This document shows, piece after piece, positions 8,401 through 17,430 of a stretch of DNA of 49,280 nt. Positions within the stretch are counted from its first letter, which is position 1, and each line of letters begins with the position of its first letter. The stretch lies in the NCBI GenBank assembly GCA_001773385.1, contig MEWJ01000032.1, positions 1 through 49,280 on the forward strand. The letters run 5' to 3'. The translations under genes were made by a program, and so were the position numbers. The DNA is from a candidate division WWE3 bacterium RIFOXYD1_FULL_43_17. Its GTDB lineage: Bacteria > Patescibacteriota > WWE3 > UBA101185 > UBA10185. The notes under the pieces are model-generated. The model ran no database searches. It was not told where the DNA came from and was given only the letters and a program-made list of their open reading frames with translations.

Positions 8401-11400
8401 CCGTGGGCTCATCACTAAGGTAATAGGTTAAAGAACTATCAGGATCTGTAGCAGTTGCTGTGAAAGTAAGTTCAGTTAATTCGTCTACCGATTTATTGCC
8501 AATTTCATCTAACACCGGAGGGTCATTAAACTCTGTCACGGTTATATCAATTGTCGCGATGTTACTATCTAACAACCCATCATTTACTTTAAAAGTAAAA
8601 GAATCGTTGCCTTCGTAATTTTCGTTAGGGCTGTAGTCTACTTGACTACCAACTATACTACCCAACGAACCATTAGATGGGTTATCTACGATAATATAGC
8701 TTATTGAATCCCCATCAACGTCACTTCCCGTCAAGGTAATTGTAACAACGCCATCTTCCTCCGCAGAAGCTGTACCCAAGTTAGCTACAGGAGCGTCATT
8801 AATTGGGTTTATTGTAACGGTGACTGTTGCTTTATCAGTTAACTCACCATCAGAAACAGTGTAATCAAAATATGCAGTACCGTTAAAATTACTGTCAGGA
8901 GTGAATACAACGTTATCACCATCTATAGCAACACTACCATTTACAGGGGTTGATACATTACTTAAAGTTAAAGTAACATCATCTACATCTGTATCATTTG
9001 TTAATAGGCCACTTTCTGCGATTATTGTGTCTTCATCTTCATTACCAGAGGCACTGTCTGGGTTTGCATCGGGACCATCATTAATTGCGTTTACTGTAAT
9101 GTGAACTGTTTCTGAACTACTATCGGTAACGCCATCGTTAGCTTTATAAGTAAAGGCATCATCACCATAATAGTTTGTGTCAGCCGTGTACGTTACCTGA
9201 TCCCCAGCAATTGACACTAATCCGTGCGATGGGTCGGTTACAGAATAATTTAATGTTTGCGTTGGTATATCTGTGTCATTACCTTCGAGAGTAATAACTT
9301 TAGCAGTGTCTTCATTAGTAGTAGCCCACAATTCGTTAACAACCGAAGCCACATTTACCTCGTTCACGGTAACGGTTATTGTTTCGACATCACTATCTAA
9401 TCCATCGGTAACATTTATATCAACATTATAGGTATTTGATCCCTGGCTCTCTACGGGTGTAAAACTAAATTCTCCTGTAGATGAATTGATAGAAGCCCCT
9501 GTTGGTGCATTGGAAAGTGAGAAGGATAAAACGTCTTCTGTGTCCACCTCAACTGCTGTAGCAGTGAAGTTAAGTTCATTAAACTCATCAATCGTTTTAT
9601 CTCCTACTGTATTTAAAACCGGAGCATCATTAATTGGGTTTATAGTAATAGATACCGAAGCGGTATCAGTCAATTCACCGTCTGTTACAGTGTAAGAAAA
9701 GCTTGCAGAGCCGTTATAATTTGAGCTTGGTGTGAATACAACATTATCACCATCTATTTCAACTGTACCGTTTACAGGATCAAAAACTATTGATAACGAA
9801 AGGCTATCTTCATCTACATCCTCGTCATTAGCTAGTAAAGACGCTTTAGTTATGACCAAAGCGGAATCTTCATCAGTAGAGCTGCTATCGTCATATGCCA
9901 CTGGCGCATCATTAATTGAATTTACTGTAATTGTTACAAGTCCTGTGTCTGTCAAACTACCATCAGATATTAAATATTCATAGGTTGCTTGTCCATTAAA
10001 ATTCTCAGGTGGCGTGAATTCAATTGTACTGCTATTAAATGTGAGAACACTCCCTGTAGGTGTAACATTGCTTACACTTAAAATACTGAAGTCATCTGTT
10101 GTATTATCCGGATCGGTATCATTTGATAATAGATATGCATGATTTACCAAAAGTGTGGAATCCTCGTTAACATCCAAATTATCATCAGTGGCAATAGGGC
10201 TATTGTTTATCTCGTTAACTGTTACTGAAAAACTTTCAGTAGCAATATTGTTTATTTCAAAACCATCATCTACTTGGATAGTAAAATCAAATACGCTGCC
10301 TCCCTGACTTTCATCAGGAGTAAAGTTAAATTCACCTGTTTCAGTGTTTATTGACGAATTATCAACAGAAGAATTTGTAAGTGAATACGAAGGTGCTCCA
10401 CCATCTACATCTGTTACAACAGGAGTAATTTGTAAATTATAATATTCGTCAATCGTTTGGTTTGGGATACTTTCTATAACTGGCGCATCATTAATGCCTG
10501 TAATTGTTAAGGATACCAAAGCGTCGTTACTATCTACAGACCCATCATTTACTACAAATTCAAAAGAATCACTGCCATTGTATCCGGGATTTGGTGTATA
10601 GGTTGCAACATTACCGTCGATATCTACATTACCGTGCACAGGAACAGTACTAACTATAAATGTAAGAATATCGTCTTCGGGATCTGTGCCATTTAAGCCT
10701 ATATCCACTGAATTATCTTCATCAGTTTCGGCTGTTGTTCCATATGCTGTAGGAGCGTCATTTACCGCTACTATATTAACCGTTACATTCTCAGTCGCAG
10801 AGAATGATGGATCTGCACCATCCTCTACTTTAATAGATAAAACGCACGAAGCAGATGGTACGGGTCCATTAGGAGTAAATGAATAGTAACCTGTGTTTGT
10901 ATCTAATGATCCGTTGCATGTATCTAACTCTGTTTTGCTCCAACTGGCACTTGGTCCATCTGGGTCTGTTACTTCAGCATCATATGTATAAAGAATATCT
11001 TCGGTGGCCGTTATTGGTGCGGTACTATCTATAGACGGGGCATCGTTTATAGAATTTACGGTAATGTTTACTGTGGCACTGTTGGTTAAATATCCATCCG
11101 AAACAGTATATTCAAAGCTTGCGGATCCAAAATAATCTGTAGATGGTGTAAATACAATATTAGCCCCATCTATATAAACAGTTCCATTAATTGGTTTAGA
11201 AACACTTTGAACATTTAATAAGGAGTGATCGTCATCAACATCAGTATCGTTAGTTAATACTTCATCCTTAGTTAAGATTAATTGTGTGTCTTCATCTGTG
11301 GAAGCTGAGTCAGAATTAGCTGTTGGTGCATCATTGATAGGATCAACTGTAATAGTTACAGTTGCATTCTCACTATAATCTGTACCATCACTTATTTTAT

Positions 11401-14400
11401 AAACAAAGGTATCGATACCATAATAGTTGGTGTTAGGTGCATAACTAAATGAGCCATTATTATTTAGTGATAAGTCACCGTTAGTTACATCAGAGACAAG
11501 AGCCGTGGATATACTTGAATTTTCAGGGTCACTATCATTACTCAGTATTCCTGGAGCTGTAACATTAAGAACAGAGTCTTCATCAGTTGAATAATCATCG
11601 CCTGTACTAATTGGTAAATCATTTACAGCAGTTACTGTTACTGTAGTTGTTTGAGTATCAGACAGATTTGGTGATCCGTAGTCACTTATGGTTACAGAAA
11701 CTTCACATGTAGAAATTGGGGTTGGTCCAACTGGTGTAAATGTATAAACTCCCGAAGAAGAATCTAGCGAACCATTACAAGTATCTGATGCTGATTTTGT
11801 CCACACAGCACTGGGTCCGTCTACATCTGTTTCGTCAGCATCGTATGTGTAAAGCGTATCTTCTGTAGCTGAGTTTGGCGCGGTTGTATTAATTGAAGGT
11901 GCGTCATTAATTGAGTCTACCGTAATTGAGACTGTGGCAAAGTCACTGTCGGCACTGCCATCGTTAACTTTGTATGTAAATGAATCAGAACCATTATATT
12001 CGGAATTTGGAGTATATGTTGTTTGCCCACTACTAATAGGTCCTAAACTTCCATGGGTTGGGCTTGTTCCCAAAATGTAGCTAAATGTGTTTCCTGGAAG
12101 ATCGGGATCAGTTACATTTAATGTAATGTCTTTTGATCTATCTTCATCTGTTGAAACACTAAAGTCATTTACGACAGGAACTACATTAACCTCGTTTACT
12201 GTGATAGTAATGTCTTCTGTATCACTTGTATTACCGTCTGTTACTGAAACGGTTAAATTATATGAATTAGGTCCTTGGCTTTCTGTTGGAGTGAAGGTGA
12301 AGAATCCTGATGTTGACCCAATAGAAGCTCCTGTTGGTGCATTTATAAGCGAGTATGTTAGTGAACTATCTGGATCAGCTGCGCTTGCAGTGAATGTGAG
12401 TGTATCAAGTTCATCGATAATTTTATTCCCAATCGCATCAAGTATCGGAGTATCATTTATAGCCCCAACAGTAATACTTACGGTTGCAGTGTTACTATCA
12501 AGAAACCCATCGCTTGCTTTAAATGTAAAGGAGTCTCCGCCAACGTAATCAGTATTAGGTACGTAGTTTACTTGAGTACCTGAAATTATTTCTAAAGAGC
12601 CATGTGTTGGCGCGTCTATTAAGTTAAAGCTGAGGCTATCTTCATCAATATCATTGCCAGTGAGCGTAACTAATACCTCAGTGTCTTCATCAATAGAAAT
12701 TGATTGAGAATTGGCAGTAGGTGCGTCATTCACAGAATTAACAGATATACTCACTGTAGCTGTATTACTATCAGCATTCCCATCGTTAGCTTTATATGTA
12801 AATGAATCAGGCCCGTTGTAATTTTCGTTTGGTGTGTATAAAACTTGATTTCCGGATACTGTGCCAAGATTCCCATGACTTGCGCCAACTACAATTGAGT
12901 AACTTAAAGAATTTGCTGGTTCATCAGTATCTGTAGCATTCAGGGTTATTGCTTTGCTGTCATCTTCATCTAATGAATCACTTACGCCGTAAGAAACAGG
13001 TACTACATTAACCTCATTTACAGTTATTGTAATGTCTTCGTAATCAATGTTTGACCCATCTGTCACAGAAACAGTCATATAATAGTTATCGGGTCCTTGG
13101 CTTTCTGTTGGAGTGAAGGTAAATACACCACTAGTTGGGTTTATTGATGCTCCACTTGGTTCATCTGTAAGATAGTAAGTTGTAGAGGGCCCATCTGGAT
13201 CAGTGGCAGAAGCTGTGAATGTTAACTGTGTTAATTCATCAACAGTCTTATTGCCAATTGGGTCAAGTACAGGTAGTACCTCATTAACATTAATAGTGTA
13301 TGTCTTTGAAGTTGTACCATCTTGAGCAGTAACTATTAATTCATTGCCAGTTAATATTGGGTCGTTTAGATTCGTATCACTCCAAGTTTGATTGGGCTCA
13401 TCCTTTGTTAATGCTGCTAAAAATGTTGCCTCTGAGGTATTAAATGGGACGTTAGAAATAGTATCGAGTTCAACTGTATAAACTCCTGAAGATACTGTAG
13501 CTATGGTGCTAGGAGACTCTACTGTTACGGTAACAACATAATCCTGTGTAGTACTATTAACAGCGGTTACCGTATATGTAACAGGGCTCGAGAAATCCTG
13601 TGCTACTTCGGAGGGCGGACTTACCATTTCCCCAGTATGTGTAATTGTTGGAAGTAACGAAGATATGTTGGTTCCATAGGGTACTACAAGGGAAATTGTA
13701 TGTTCGTTTTCATTGATAATACCGGTAATTCCCAAGGAATTAAAGTTAAATGAAACGATATCCTTTGAGCCATTTAGTGATCTAACGGCATTATAAGCAT
13801 TTATCCTTTTTCCTGTAACGGTTTTACCAACTAAGCTCGGTTTTGTATCCCCAGTATTTAAAATTGCATTCTTTACTTCATCATAAGTTAGTGAACTATC
13901 TATACTCCATAATAGTGCCGCAAGACCCGCTGTGTATGGTGCAGCAAACGAGGTCCCGTCTACAAATTCGTATTCATATGAACCAGCTGCTCTTTTAAGT
14001 AGAACAATGTCGTCTATTAAACAACCATCCCCGTATGTTCCTTTATCGGAATCGGAATCTGTTACCCATCTAAATCTTAATTTAAAATTACTTGTATAAA
14101 AATCCGATGCGATCGATGCTGTCATGTAAGCGGATGCGTAGCCGCCATCATCCAGTTCATCACCATTGAGAATATCTATCATGGGTTCATCATATTTTCC
14201 TTCCCCCCACCCAAGATCTACCTCACTAAAGTTTGTTCCGTCAGAACTTGCTTCAACAACCATATAATCATGCCAACCATCTAATGGATACTCAGTATCG
14301 CACTCTGTATAGAAACCAATAGCAACATCACTCGCTCCATCTAGATTCACTGTTGAAGTTGTTATTTTACTATTGTTATTTTCTGAATATGGATATTCTA

Positions 14401-16201
14401 AATCCCCATAGAGTACCTTCCAACCTGGTCCCCAAATGTCGCTATAGTCTATGGTTGCAAAAGTACCATCTTCTGTCCATCCACTGGGTATAAATGGAAT
14501 AATGACTGATTCAAAATCCTCGTCAAGTACAGTAGAATCATTAAAAGATAACGAAGTTGAATATATATTTTCACCTGGTGCCCCAACGTCTACAAATGTA
14601 GAGCTATAATTTGAAAAGTTAGACAACCCGTCATTCTGATCAGTTGATGCCACTGAAATGATATTATTAAGGTTAAGGTCTGACGGGTAGGCGTGCGTGT
14701 AGTCATTGTTGGAAGCTTCGTTTCCAGCCGCAGCTATAAAAATTCCTCCATAATTTAGGAATCTATTTATTGCGTCGTATTCAGCTTGTGAATATGCAGT
14801 ACCTGCAAAGCTAGCGTTTATAACTTTAGCTCCGTTTTGAATTGCAAAATCAATTGCCATAACCTCTGAAGCGACATCGAAGCCGTGTTTCAAAGCCATA
14901 ATCTTAGCTCTAAGAGTGACCCCTAATATTCCCTGATTATTATTTCTTGATGCGGCAATTATTCCTGCAGAATATGTCCCGTGAATGCTGTCTGTGGGTT
15001 GGGGATCCTTGTCGTTGTCTTCAAAATCGTACCCGTGTAAACAACCTCCAAGGTTATTTCCGGAAATATCCTTACAATTAGATCCATCCCACATGTTTCC
15101 AACCAAATCAGGATGGTTATATGCAACACCACTATCAATTACTGCTACTATAACGTCAGTAGAACCTTCATCCACCAACCAAGCTTCTGGAGCATCAATA
15201 TCAGAGTCCAATGTCCCTATCACATTATTAACTGTTTGACCTGTATTATCTAAACCCCACAAATTTTGTTTATAGGTGTCATTACTATTGATCGTTTGGG
15301 GATATCTTAAATAATTTGGCTCTGCATACTCAACTCTTTTGTCTTCTCTTAATTCTTTTATTTTATCTTCTACCGATTTGTTATCTTTAATTCTAAGTAA
15401 TGAAATATTGCCAGATCTAGACTCTTTAACTTTTTCTAATTTCTTAGTAAGAGCAAAAACACTAGCTTTAGCTCTACCAAGTGTTCGTTCTAGGTCTATC
15501 TCGCTATCTCTATACTTTACCAATACCTCCCCCGGCATGTATTCCAAATTCTCAGAGGGAACTCTATTAAAAAGGTCTCTATTCTCTTCTTTTGATTTCT
15601 TTTCACCGTGTCGCTGATTTAACCTGAGCATTTCATCGTCACTTTGCACTGCTGTATTTTGTTCAATAGTAGGATCTCGTGTAACCTCACTATTTTCACT
15701 TGTCTCCCCAGTCAGTTCAGACATAATTGTTTCATCTGGGAGAACTTCAATTGGAATTATTTCATCAGTATCATTTGGGATTTCATTCGGGCCTTGTTCA
15801 GATACAGTTGTTTCCTGAGGAGACAATGTATCTTCGGTCAGTTCTAGTGCTGTTGGTTCGCTACCAGGACTTAGAATTTCAAGGGAATCGCTATATGTTA
15901 CCTCACCCACAGGCTCCGGTTGCTCATCACTATCAGATGGCAGAACGCCCGGTTCTGAATCAAGCAGACTTTCAGTTGGGACAGCCTCAACAGCTTCACT
16001 ATTGGGATCAGAACCAGTAATTGCTTCTAATTGCTCCGGAGGTGTAAATTCTTGGTCCCCAGACAACTCTAAAATAGTATTGGATGTTTGAGCAAATACC
16101 GGCGTAAAATAAAGAATTGGATAAAAGTTCTGAAAAATTAATGAAAATATTACAAATTGGTTTAACAACCTATGTGCTATTTTCTTATGTTTAATTTTCA
16201 T
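5468..16201 (-). CDS. Giant surface protein: S8 subtilase + about 25 Ig/cadherin-like (tandem-95/Big_9-type) repeats + FN3-like domains + C-terminal TM anchor
   Basis: Signal-like N-terminus; propeptide (PGEVLVKY...VEYAEPNY); triad VAVIDSG, HGTYSAG, GTSFAAP; repeated NDAP...DED...DSFTYKxNDG units; WTTD..STSRVIY FN3; TM helix then RRKRK. Confidence 0.9.
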   Translation of the reverse strand: MKIKHKKIAHRLLNQFVIFSLIFQNFYPILYFTPVFAQTSNTILELSGDQEFTPPEQLEAITGSDPNSEAVEAVPTESLLDSEPGVLPSDSDEQPEPVGEVTYSDSLEILSPGSEPTALELTEDTLSPQETTVSEQGPNEIPNDTDEIIPIEVLPDETIMSELTGETSENSEVTRDPTIEQNTAVQSDDEMLRLNQRHGEKKSKEENRDLFNRVPSENLEYMPGEVLVKYRDSEIDLERTLGRAKASVFALTKKLEKVKESRSGNISLLRIKDNKSVEDKIKELREDKRVEYAEPNYLRYPQTINSNDTYKQNLWGLDNTGQTVNNVIGTLDSDIDAPEAWLVDEGSTDVIVAVIDSGVAYNHPDLVGNMWDGSNCKDISGNNLGGCLHGYDFEDNDKDPQPTDSIHGTYSAGIIAASRNNNQGILGVTLRAKIMALKHGFDVASEVMAIDFAIQNGAKVINASFAGTAYSQAEYDAINRFLNYGGIFIAAAGNEASNNDYTHAYPSDLNLNNIISVASTDQNDGLSNFSNYSSTFVDVGAPGENIYSTSLSFNDSTVLDEDFESVIIPFIPSGWTEDGTFATIDYSDIWGPGWKVLYGDLEYPYSENNNSKITTSTVNLDGASDVAIGFYTECDTEYPLDGWHDYMVVEASSDGTNFSEVDLGWGEGKYDEPMIDILNGDELDDGGYASAYMTASIASDFYTSNFKLRFRWVTDSDSDKGTYGDGCLIDDIVLLKRAAGSYEYEFVDGTSFAAPYTAGLAALLWSIDSSLTYDEVKNAILNTGDTKPSLVGKTVTGKRINAYNAVRSLNGSKDIVSFNFNSLGITGIINENEHTISLVVPYGTNISSLLPTITHTGEMVSPPSEVAQDFSSPVTYTVTAVNSTTQDYVVTVTVESPSTIATVSSGVYTVELDTISNVPFNTSEATFLAALTKDEPNQTWSDTNLNDPILTGNELIVTAQDGTTSKTYTINVNEVLPVLDPIGNKTVDELTQLTFTASATDPDGPSTTYYLTDEPSGASINPTSGVFTFTPTESQGPDNYYMTVSVTDGSNIDYEDITITVNEVNVVPVSYGVSDSLDEDDSKAITLNATDTDEPANSLSYSIVVGASHGNLGTVSGNQVLYTPNENYNGPDSFTYKANDGNADSNTATVSISVNSVNDAPTANSQSISIDEDTEVLVTLTGNDIDEDSLSFNLIDAPTHGSLEIISGTQVNYVPNTDYVGGDSFTFKASDGFLDSNTATVSITVGAINDTPILDAIGNKIIDELDTLTFTASAADPDSSLTYSLINAPTGASIGSTSGFFTFTPTESQGPNSYNLTVSVTDGNTSDTEDITITVNEVNVVPVVNDFSVSTDEDRSKDITLNVTDPDLPGNTFSYILGTSPTHGSLGPISSGQTTYTPNSEYNGSDSFTYKVNDGSADSDFATVSITVDSINDAPSINTTAPNSATEDTLYTYDADETDVDGPSAVWTKSASDTCNGSLDSSSGVYTFTPVGPTPISTCEVSVTISDYGSPNLSDTQTTTVTVTAVNDLPISTGDDYSTDEDSVLNVTAPGILSNDSDPENSSISTALVSDVTNGDLSLNNNGSFSYAPNTNYYGIDTFVYKISDGTDYSENATVTITVDPINDAPTANSDSASTDEDTQLILTKDEVLTNDTDVDDDHSLLNVQSVSKPINGTVYIDGANIVFTPSTDYFGSASFEYTVSDGYLTNSATVNITVNSINDAPSIDSTAPITATEDILYTYDAEVTDPDGPSASWSKTELDTCNGSLDTNTGYYSFTPNGPVPSASCVLSIKVEDGADPSFSATENVTVNIVAVNDAPTAYGTTAETDEDNSVDIGLNGTDPEDDILTFIVSTVPVHGNVDIDGNVATYTPNPGYNGSDSFEFVVNDGSVDSNDALVSLTITGINDAPVIESIPNQTIDEYYNLQITPVVTDVDGGAPSYSLTNSSVDNSSINTETGEFNFTPDESQGGSVFDFTIQVDDGFEINNIATESFSVTVNEINNSPIATDDNLDVNEDSTLLVNHAYLLSNDTDPDNTTDDFSILSVSNVTPTGSVLTFNSSTIEFTPPENFNGQATYEYLISDGSLTDTGLVTITVNSINDAPVAYDDSSSTDEDSALVITKASLLANDEDVDEDSLSLSIVFDPVNGTVEIDGDNVVFTPSSNYNGSASFSYTVTDGELTDTASVSITINPINDAPVLNTVGDKTIDEFNELNFTATAVEVDTEDVLSFSLSNAPTGASINSSTGEFSFTPVESQGSNTYNVDINVTDGLDSDVETITVTVNEVNVASVVNELWATTNEDTAKVITLEGNDTDIPTQTLNYSVTDPSHGLVSIAGDQVTYTADTNYYGDDAFTYKANDGVTDSSSETVHITVNAINDGPDANPDSASGNEDEDTIIAESGLLTNDTDVDDVTLTLSNVSTPVNGSVAIDGDNVVFTPDSNFNGTAYFDYTVSDGELTDKATVTVTINPINDAPVANLGTASAEEDGVVTITLTGSDVDGDSISYIIVDNPSNGSLGSIVGSQVDYSPNENYEGNDSFTFKVNDGLLDSNIATIDITVTEFNDPPVLDEIGNKSVDELTELTFTATATDPDSSLTYYLSDEPTGATIDTNSGYFSFTPSESQGPQEYTFDVNVTDGVSIDTEIITVTVNEINVAPLVNDVNAATSEDLEKIITLNATDSDIPTQSITYAKVTDPSNGTISILNDSATYTPNANFYGDDSFTYKANDGETDSNTATVFITVTAFNDAPVANPDSASVDEDNTLSVSKETLIENDTDVDDISLVLSSISNPVNGLVSIDGSNVIFTPTSNYFGSASFDYTVSDGSLTDTTTVLVTVNPINDAPSVNDGTAVTDEDNSVSIYLVGTDIEGDSLSYTIIDSTSNGALGGPYGNQVIYTPNENYFGGDSFTFKVDDGNFESNTGTVTITINAINDLPALDVIGDKSIDELAELSFTVTANDSDTSDALELSLTNAPTGASIESDTGNFSFTPTEVQGPNTYNVTVNVTDGIYTDSEEIEITVNEVNTSPVAQDVNTSTNEDVSKSIILNASDADIPANTLTYTVETGANHGTLGTISGNELTYTPDTNYNGVDTFTYKVNDGLADSNIVTVNITVNSVNDAPEANQDNASFDEDTQLILAKNDLITNDTDVDLDTLSVIGVSTPTHGTVYIDGSNIIFTPVNNYNGAASFEYTLSDGTLTDTGFVNLTINPVNDAPTVSADAYSTTQEAAISITLLGNDIENDPLVYSINSDPTNGSLSTVSGNQVTYTPDTGYIGNDSFTYQTNDGEYDSNEATIDITVLPPPVISGESSTNLESTSITITWTTDHLSTSRVIYDTASHPTLGTAPNYGYAYSTIETDGSPMVISHNVTISPLTAETTYYYRAVSHGSPEVVGDELSFTTKKAVEEDTEAPDRPENVGVGYDSDDKTIKLTWENNDSDIDKVFVYLGYSESFDKNSDSRIAENDRDDEDVTVNDVKEGKTYYFKLVSEDGAGNRSNTKTISIEIPSTQEKVIINTYESPTTLAATDEVLESGDETKNVLGLEDVEKDNPSVVEETRKSNIWRYIIPSLVVLSIGTIIILRRKRK

Positions 16202-16337
16202 CTTAATTTATAGTACTTTTAGGTACTACCTATATAATATATTGCTAGGGCGGGAGATACAAGAGATTTATACACCAATTAGGAAGCATATGCAAACCTA
16301 TAGTTGGTATTCCAAAGTGATCTTCGTTCTGCTTGTT

Positions 16338-16357
16338 TTTTGTAGTATTTTGTAGTT
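16338..16357. promoter_or_regulatory. 10-bp direct repeat (TTTTGTAGTA TTTTGTAGTT), putative operator in divergent promoter region
   Basis: Reverse complement (ACTACAAAA x2) resembles the ACTACGAA repeats at 19551-19580. Confidence 0.4.
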
Positions 16358-16397
16358 TTTTACAACAATAGGTGCCTTTTTAAGATAAAATGTAGCC

Positions 16398-16889
16398 ATG
16401 AACATACTTGAAACAAAATCCTATGTGGAGAGCTTTATAGCGTCTTCAAATGGAAAGAAATATACGCCAGATGAGATGATTAATATGATAAAAAAATATA
16501 CAAATATTACGCTTGGCGATGAAAACCCTGTATCAGGAACTCCAAGTCTTGGATATATTAACTCCAATATTAAAGGGGTTTATTACATAATTTACTGTGA
16601 TGCGTGTAATGCAAAGTGTAGAAAATCCTACCCTACTATTCTAAACATTAACGGGAATAAGGTCATGAAGTTTTTATGCGGTAGCTGTGCGGGTAAGAAA
16701 TATGAGCGTAAAAAGGAGTATGAACGAAAAGCTTTAGAATATCTACTTCACCCCGAAAAGCTTGGTTCTATGAACTACCGTAATCTTTCACTTAAACAAA
16801 GCCTAGCGATATTAGAAGCAGGTTTTATTGAAGATAAGATAAGGGAACGAGCCGAAAAGAACGCATCAAAGTATTTAGGCGATAGCTGA
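16398..16889 (+). CDS. Hypothetical protein with CxxC...CxxC zinc finger
   Basis: CDAC and CGSC motifs; TAAAAT 6 nt upstream of ATG. Confidence 0.7.
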   Translation: MNILETKSYVESFIASSNGKKYTPDEMINMIKKYTNITLGDENPVSGTPSLGYINSNIKGVYYIIYCDACNAKCRKSYPTILNINGNKVMKFLCGSCAGKKYERKKEYERKALEYLLHPEKLGSMNYRNLSLKQSLAILEAGFIEDKIRERAEKNASKYLGDS

Positions 16890-16957
16890 TTGCACATATA
16901 AATTAATTGTGTTTTTTCATTGTTCCTGTGCAGTATTAGCGGTATAATTGTGTTAGT

Positions 16958-17386
16958 ATGACGGAAAAAAACGAAATGCAAAACAATGAGGAATTAAAGA
17001 GTAAATTTATACAAGAGCGTGCAATCGGCAAATCTTTTAAGGAGATATCAACAGAACTAAATTTACCAGTTGAGACCCTTGTAGTTTGGGCAAAAACTTT
17101 GAAGTATGACATCGGTAATCAAAAAGCTATTGAGATGGATGAGCTCTCAAATAAGTTTAGAATAACGAAAAGACGAAGAATAGAGCTTATTGGCAGCATC
17201 CTTACTAAAATGCAGGACGAACTCGACACACGGGATTACAAAGATGTTCCAACCGATAAACTGTTTGATTATCTTCTCAAGTACTCTGCAGAACTCAACA
17301 GGGAATATACACCGCCTGTATTTACCGAAATCGTCTCAGGTATGGGTCCTAGTATATGGGAAACCGAAATAACGTGGACTGGCTAG
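16958..17386 (+). CDS. Helix-turn-helix protein
   Basis: RAIGKSFKEISTELNLPVETLVVW HTH pattern followed by helical region. Confidence 0.7.
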   Translation: MTEKNEMQNNEELKSKFIQERAIGKSFKEISTELNLPVETLVVWAKTLKYDIGNQKAIEMDELSNKFRITKRRRIELIGSILTKMQDELDTRDYKDVPTDKLFDYLLKYSAELNREYTPPVFTEIVSGMGPSIWETEITWTG

Positions 17387-17430
17387 AATCTAAATTGTAA
17401 AAATATATCTGCCCAAATATTAAAATTAAT

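Noticed and set aside
5496-16020. Numerous + strand ORFs within the giant gene
   Set aside because: Antisense shadows of a repetitive Thr/Asp/Val-rich coding strand; no starts with SD and no motifs.
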